DNA of 64,000 bases from Octopus sinensis (lineage: Eukaryota). The stretch lies in NCBI RefSeq assembly GCF_006345805.1, contig NC_043019.1:27527360-27591359 (forward strand). Direction: 5' to 3'. This document shows, piece by piece, positions 61,501 to 64,000 of this stretch. The first letter of the stretch is position 1. Every line of letters begins with the position of its first letter. The position numbers and the translations under genes were made by a program. The notes beneath the pieces are model-generated. The model was given only the letters and a program-made list of their open reading frames with translations, was not told the DNA's origin and did no database searches.

Positions 61501-63542
61501 GGTGTGGAAATACAGATCGTGGTGTGGAAATACAGATCATGGTGTGGTCATAGTTTGAAAACACAGAATATAGAATGGTTGTCTGCAGGTGTACTTACCA
61601 CACAAGGCTTCATCTTCACCATCAGAGCAATCCCAGTGCATGTCGCACACAGAGCTACGGTTGATACAGCGATACTCTCGAGTACACACGAACTCACTGG
61701 CCTTGCAGTTATCTGCAGTTGTAGAGAACATGTCAAATGTTTACATTGCAGTGATGTATGAGTGTGCGTGTGTCTGTGTTTCTATGTGTGGGCTATACAT
61801 ATCTGTGTGCATGTAATACACATGCACACACCCTCCATCAGGCATTGACCATACTTTGAATGCCTTACTTCCCTGGGAATAGATACATTGAAGCTCCGAC
61901 ATCTGGCATCTGATTTGGTAAACACCCTCAAAATTGTTTTGAGTAGAAATAAATGTTCATGTGGAAATAAGTGCCAAAGTGTGGAAATAACATTGGATGT
62001 GGAAATATAGATCATGGAAATACAGATCATGGTGTGGAAATACAGACCATGGTGTAGAAACACAGATCGTGATGTGGTCAGAGTTTGAAAATACAGAATG
62101 TGCTGTGGAAAGAGAGATTATGATGTGGAGATACAGATCATGGCATGAAAATACAGATCATAGTGTGGAAATACAGACCATGGTGTGGAAATACAGACCA
62201 TGGTGTGGAAATACAGATCATGGTGTGGAAATGCAGATCATGGTGTGGTCATAATTTGAAAATACAGAATGTGCTGTGGAAAGAGATATTATGATGTGGA
62301 GATACAGACCATGGTGTGTAAATACAGATCATGGTGTGGAAATACAGATCATGGTGTGGAAATACAGACCATGGTGTGGAAATGCAGATCATGGTGTGGA
62401 AATGCAGACCATGGTGTGGAAATACAGATCATGGTGTGGAAATGCAGACCATGGTGTGGAAATGCAGACCATGGTGTGGAAATACAGATCATGGTGTGGA
62501 AATGCAGATCATGGTGTGGTCATAATTTGAAAATACAGAATGTGCTGTGGAAAGAGAGATCATGGCATGGAAATACAGATCATGGCATGGAAATACAGAT
62601 CATGGAGTGGAAATGCAGATCATGGTGTGGAAATGCAGATCATGGTGTGGTCATAGTTTGAAAATACAGACTGTAGTTTAGAAAAAGAGATCATGGTATG
62701 GGAATAGGTTTCTTGTGGAAATAAAGATCAAAATATGAATAAAGTCATAATCATCATCATCATTTAATGTCCATTTTCCATTCTGGCATAAGTCGAACAA
62801 TTTGTCAGGATCTGGTGAGCCACAGGGCTCCATTGTGCTGCAGAGTCAGCTTTGGATGTCCTTCCTAATGTCAGCCATGTTACAGCATCCACTGTGTGCT
62901 TTTCTTTTTGCCTCTGACACTAGTGAGGATGCCAAGTAACTCGCAGAACAGAGAAAATGAACAGGAAAAAAGGGTAGAAAAGAAGTGAAAAACCCTCTCA
63001 AGAAAGTAGAGGAGAATTTGAAAGGAAGGAGAGGTGGTTTTACGCCAGAGACAAGCTGAGGTAGAGGTGTCTTGCTATAGAGAAGGTGTGGAAATAAATA
63101 TATCCTTTGGTGTGGAAATGCAGACCAAGGTGCAATGTAATAACTTTTGGTGTGGAAATAAAGTTGAAAATTCTTGAGAATGAATGTGGAAATAGTATTA
63201 GAACTTTTCATTTACATTAACTGAAAAACCAAACTGCTAAGTAAGTGGATCTGTTCTCAAATTGTTCAAATTTCTTTCTATCTTTCTTGGCAAACATGAA
63301 AATCAAAGAAGAATGTAATGTATTCACAACATGGAGAGGAGAAACACAAGTCTGTGACAAACTGTGATTTAGGGAATGACCAAGAGGTGGTGAACAGAAG
63401 GGCAGGCAGGGAAGGATTGGGCACAATTTAGGATCCACATTGAAGGGTTCGTGTTGAATAATACCTTTGAAAGGATAAATACTTTCTGGTGTTGTTGTTG
63501 CTGTAGGCTCAGCAGTTGTTGTTGTTGTTGTAGTAGTTTGAT
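49386..63542 (-). CDS. Mosaic S1 serine protease gene, 3' part (Thr-rich linker - LDLa - SRCR - protease domain; TMPRSS/corin/enteropeptidase-like architecture)
   Basis: Minus-strand exons 63542-63483, 61712-61599, 60665-60530, 59397-59287, 57266-57220, 55405-55225, 52591-52302, 51378-51233, 49565-49386. All are GT-AG with consistent phases (1265 nt, 420 aa plus stop). Catalytic motifs TAAHC, PDIAM and GDSGG are intact. 5' exons lie beyond the window. Confidence 0.92.
49619..50275 (-). mobile_element. Deleted Tc1/mariner (maT/DD37D-like) element with nested SINE
   Basis: TA-flanked TIR cagggtgattcaaaagtc.ccatacatagg at both ends; minus strand encodes PKSPDMTPLDFYLWGHLKS..CIQNSGNH (WPPRSPDLTPLDFFLWG-type C-terminus). 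Confidence 0.85.
49690..49995 (+). mobile_element. tRNA-derived SINE (family F, tail type 1)
   Basis: tggcccagtggttagggcag..gaccgggcgttgtgag head and core shared with 55556-55940. Confidence 0.8.
50660..51073 (-). mobile_element. Mariner 5' fragment
   Basis: TIR tacgaggtggtatcaaaaagtcc; translation MGCMQCFEWHWHFKSRRPSLEEDEQSGRP (mariner HTH region). Confidence 0.8.
51233..51378 (-). CDS. Protease exon (YLHEVRM..NLCAGYMESSITGCY)
   Basis: cctccag acceptor, gtgagt donor, phase 1 to 0. Confidence 0.93.
51485..51911. mobile_element. MITE with about 42-bp TIR (GGATC..) and 8-bp TSD cagaaatt
   Basis: ggatctttttggtttgaacagcagtttttaacataatttctagg mirrored at 51868-51911; TSD at 51477-51484 and 51912-51919. 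Confidence 0.9.
52302..52591 (-). CDS. Protease exon, catalytic Asp (PDIAMLHL..PICMP..CYLTGWG)
   Basis: cctacag acceptor, gtaagt donor, phase 2 to 1. Confidence 0.93.
52950..54050 (-). mobile_element. Head-to-tail cluster of about 6-7 family B SINE copies separated by (AAT)n
   Basis: caactggtact..aggatgaaaggcaaag..gaatttgaactcagaa recurs at about 52980, 53220, 53430, 53600, 53760 and 53915. Confidence 0.8.
54075..55125 (-). mobile_element. Helentron/DINE-1-like non-autonomous element (HINE) with internal foreign insert
   Basis: Minus strand 5' acctccaccttagcgaaggcagaggt hairpin (55098-55123); 3' subterminal ggcagaggt (54102-54110) plus stem-loop gcac..gtgc. Confidence 0.65.
54370..54540 (-). 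pseudogene. Ty3/gypsy integrase C-terminal (GPY/F) fragment, one stop
   Basis: Translates SWTHVLVGNDVVKPPLAAPYAGPLLFLSRTD*YFTIDLYGRKDISMDRLKKAF, compared with the gypsy pattern THVFVRxDAVxxPLxxPYxGPYxV..FTI..VSIDRLKPAF. Confidence 0.75.
55225..55405 (-). CDS. Protease exon, zymogen activation site and catalytic His (VCG..QKF-IIGG..CGATLISDQWLVTAAHC)
   Basis: ttttcag acceptor; the phase-2 donor gg|gtctgt was chosen to match the next exon. Confidence 0.92.
55556..55940 (+). mobile_element. tRNA-derived SINE (family F, tail type 2)
   Basis: A box tggcccagtggtt, B box ggtttcgattc; CpG-rich, so probably young. Confidence 0.85.
56760..57135 (-). mobile_element. SINE family A
   Basis: Reverse-complement consensus. 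Confidence 0.75.
57220..57266 (-). CDS. Protease exon, SRCR end (SCESNKVVHMACNER)
   Basis: attag acceptor, gtaagt donor, phase 2 to 1; CxSxxVVxxxC motif. Confidence 0.85.
57370..58100. repeat. A-rich (AAAAT/AAAATAA)n low-complexity array
   Basis: Directly visible. Confidence 0.95.
58164..58429. repeat. Long inverted repeat, about 112-bp arms, 40-bp spacer
   Basis: Arms 58164-58275 and 58316-58429, with a few substitutions and one 2-bp indel. Confidence 0.92.
58612..59080 (-). mobile_element. RTE-clade LINE RT fragment (59080-58861) fused to a family C 3' end (58860-58612)
   Basis: Translates YEGVIPNDWCSSIIVNCYKGKGDTLDTNNYRGIKLLDQVMKVTGRVIAQLIRERVSLDEMQFGFVPGKSTTDA, a typical RTE RT N-terminal region. 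Confidence 0.88.
59287..59397 (-). CDS. Protease exon, SRCR domain part 2
   Basis: ccctag acceptor, gtaagt donor, phase 2-2, open in the required frame. Confidence 0.82.
59668..59968 (-). mobile_element. SINE family A
   Basis: Reverse-complement consensus. Confidence 0.75.
60530..60665 (-). CDS. Protease exon, SRCR domain part 1 (VSLRKYD..MVCANNWSKDWASFVCKYL)
   Basis: ttttcag acceptor, gtaagt donor, phase 1 to 2; VCxxxWxxxxAxxVC motif. Confidence 0.88.
60795..61550. repeat. 20-bp minisatellite (GTGGAAATACAGATCATGGT)n, array 1, interrupted by a family C fragment at 61012-61135
   Basis: Directly visible. Confidence 0.95.
61599..61712 (-). CDS. Protease exon, LDL-receptor class A repeat (CKASEFVCTREYRCINRSSVCDMHWDCSDGEDEALC)
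   Basis: Six-cysteine LDLa pattern with DCSDGEDE; ctgcag acceptor, gtaagt donor, phase 1-1. Confidence 0.95.
61970..62700. repeat. 20-bp minisatellite, array 2, with a higher-order variant unit
   Basis: Same unit; variant ggtcatarttTgaaaatacagaatgtgctgtggaaagag recurs. Confidence 0.95.
63483..63542 (-). CDS. Protease exon, Thr-rich linker (DQTTTTTTTTAEPTATTTPE)
   Basis: ttttacag acceptor, gtattt donor, phase 1-1. Confidence 0.7.
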
Positions 63543-63796
63543 CTGTAAAACGGCAATTGTTCAGAAAGAGCAATTAACAATGATCAGTGAGAAGGGATGG
63601 AAATAAAAACTGGCGAACGCATTGGTTAGTGGCACTCCAAATAATGTGTAACTCTGTAAATGAGGTTCTGTCTATGGTCGAGTACCAGGCCACAAATCAT
63701 TTGGTTTTAGGTTGCATGGGAAGGATAAATTTTAAAATTTTATTTCTATTTTATTGACTAGCATAGTCAACAAGATGTTTTGGCATTATATACTCT

Positions 63797-64000
63797 CTTT
63801 TACTCGTTTCAGTCATGTGACTGTGGCCATGCTGGAGCACCGCCTTTAGTCGATCAAATCGACCCCAGGACTTATTCTTTGTAAGCCTAGTACTTATTTT
63901 ATCGGTCCCTTTTTTGCCGAACCGCTAAGTTACGGGGACGTAAACACACCAGCATCGGTTGTCAAGCGATGTTGAGGGGACAAACACAGACAAACACACA
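63797..64000 (-). mobile_element. SINE family A, 3' half (runs off the window)
   Basis: Reverse-complement consensus. Confidence 0.85.

Noticed and set aside
60795-62700. Regular 20-bp repeats resembling a CRISPR array or a repetitive Cys/Trp protein (WCGNTDHGVEIQ..)
   Set aside because: Contiguous tandem units with no unique spacers, no cas genes and a eukaryotic intron context; the ORFs are repeat translations.

Overview
AT-rich, repeat-dense animal genomic DNA. The SINE, MITE and microsatellite landscape resembles that of a coleoid cephalopod, most likely Octopus (inference, not a database match). I reconstructed two convergent intron-rich genes by hand from GT-AG signals and phase continuity. 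(1) On the + strand is the 3' part of a TDRD7-like extended-Tudor gene: 16 exons, 1468-42778, three Tudor domains, stop at 42776-42778. Its 5' end and any LOTUS exons lie outside the window. (2) On the - strand is the 3' part of a mosaic S1 serine protease: 9 exons, 63542-49386, arranged as Thr-rich linker, LDLa, SRCR and protease domain with an intact His/Asp/Ser triad. Introns hold several SINE families, RTE and CR1/L2 LINE remnants, mariner, maT/DD37D, piggyBac, hAT, Helitron and Helentron-like elements, long palindromes and minisatellites. Leading observations: the TDRD7-like protein seems to lack the middle Tudor domain of vertebrate TDRD7 and to carry an extra upstream Tudor with an intact aromatic cage; the protease has a Phe-IIGG activation site and a non-trypsin S1 pocket (T189/G216/N226); three types of minimal hammerhead-ribozyme-like motifs are present; near-perfect 50-120 bp-arm hairpins lie in introns; a 206-bp inverted pair brackets two in-frame exons; and a Ty3/gypsy integrase fragment sits inside a Helentron-like element. 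Repeat boundaries are approximate. Family and homology assignments come from recalled motifs and need alignment.
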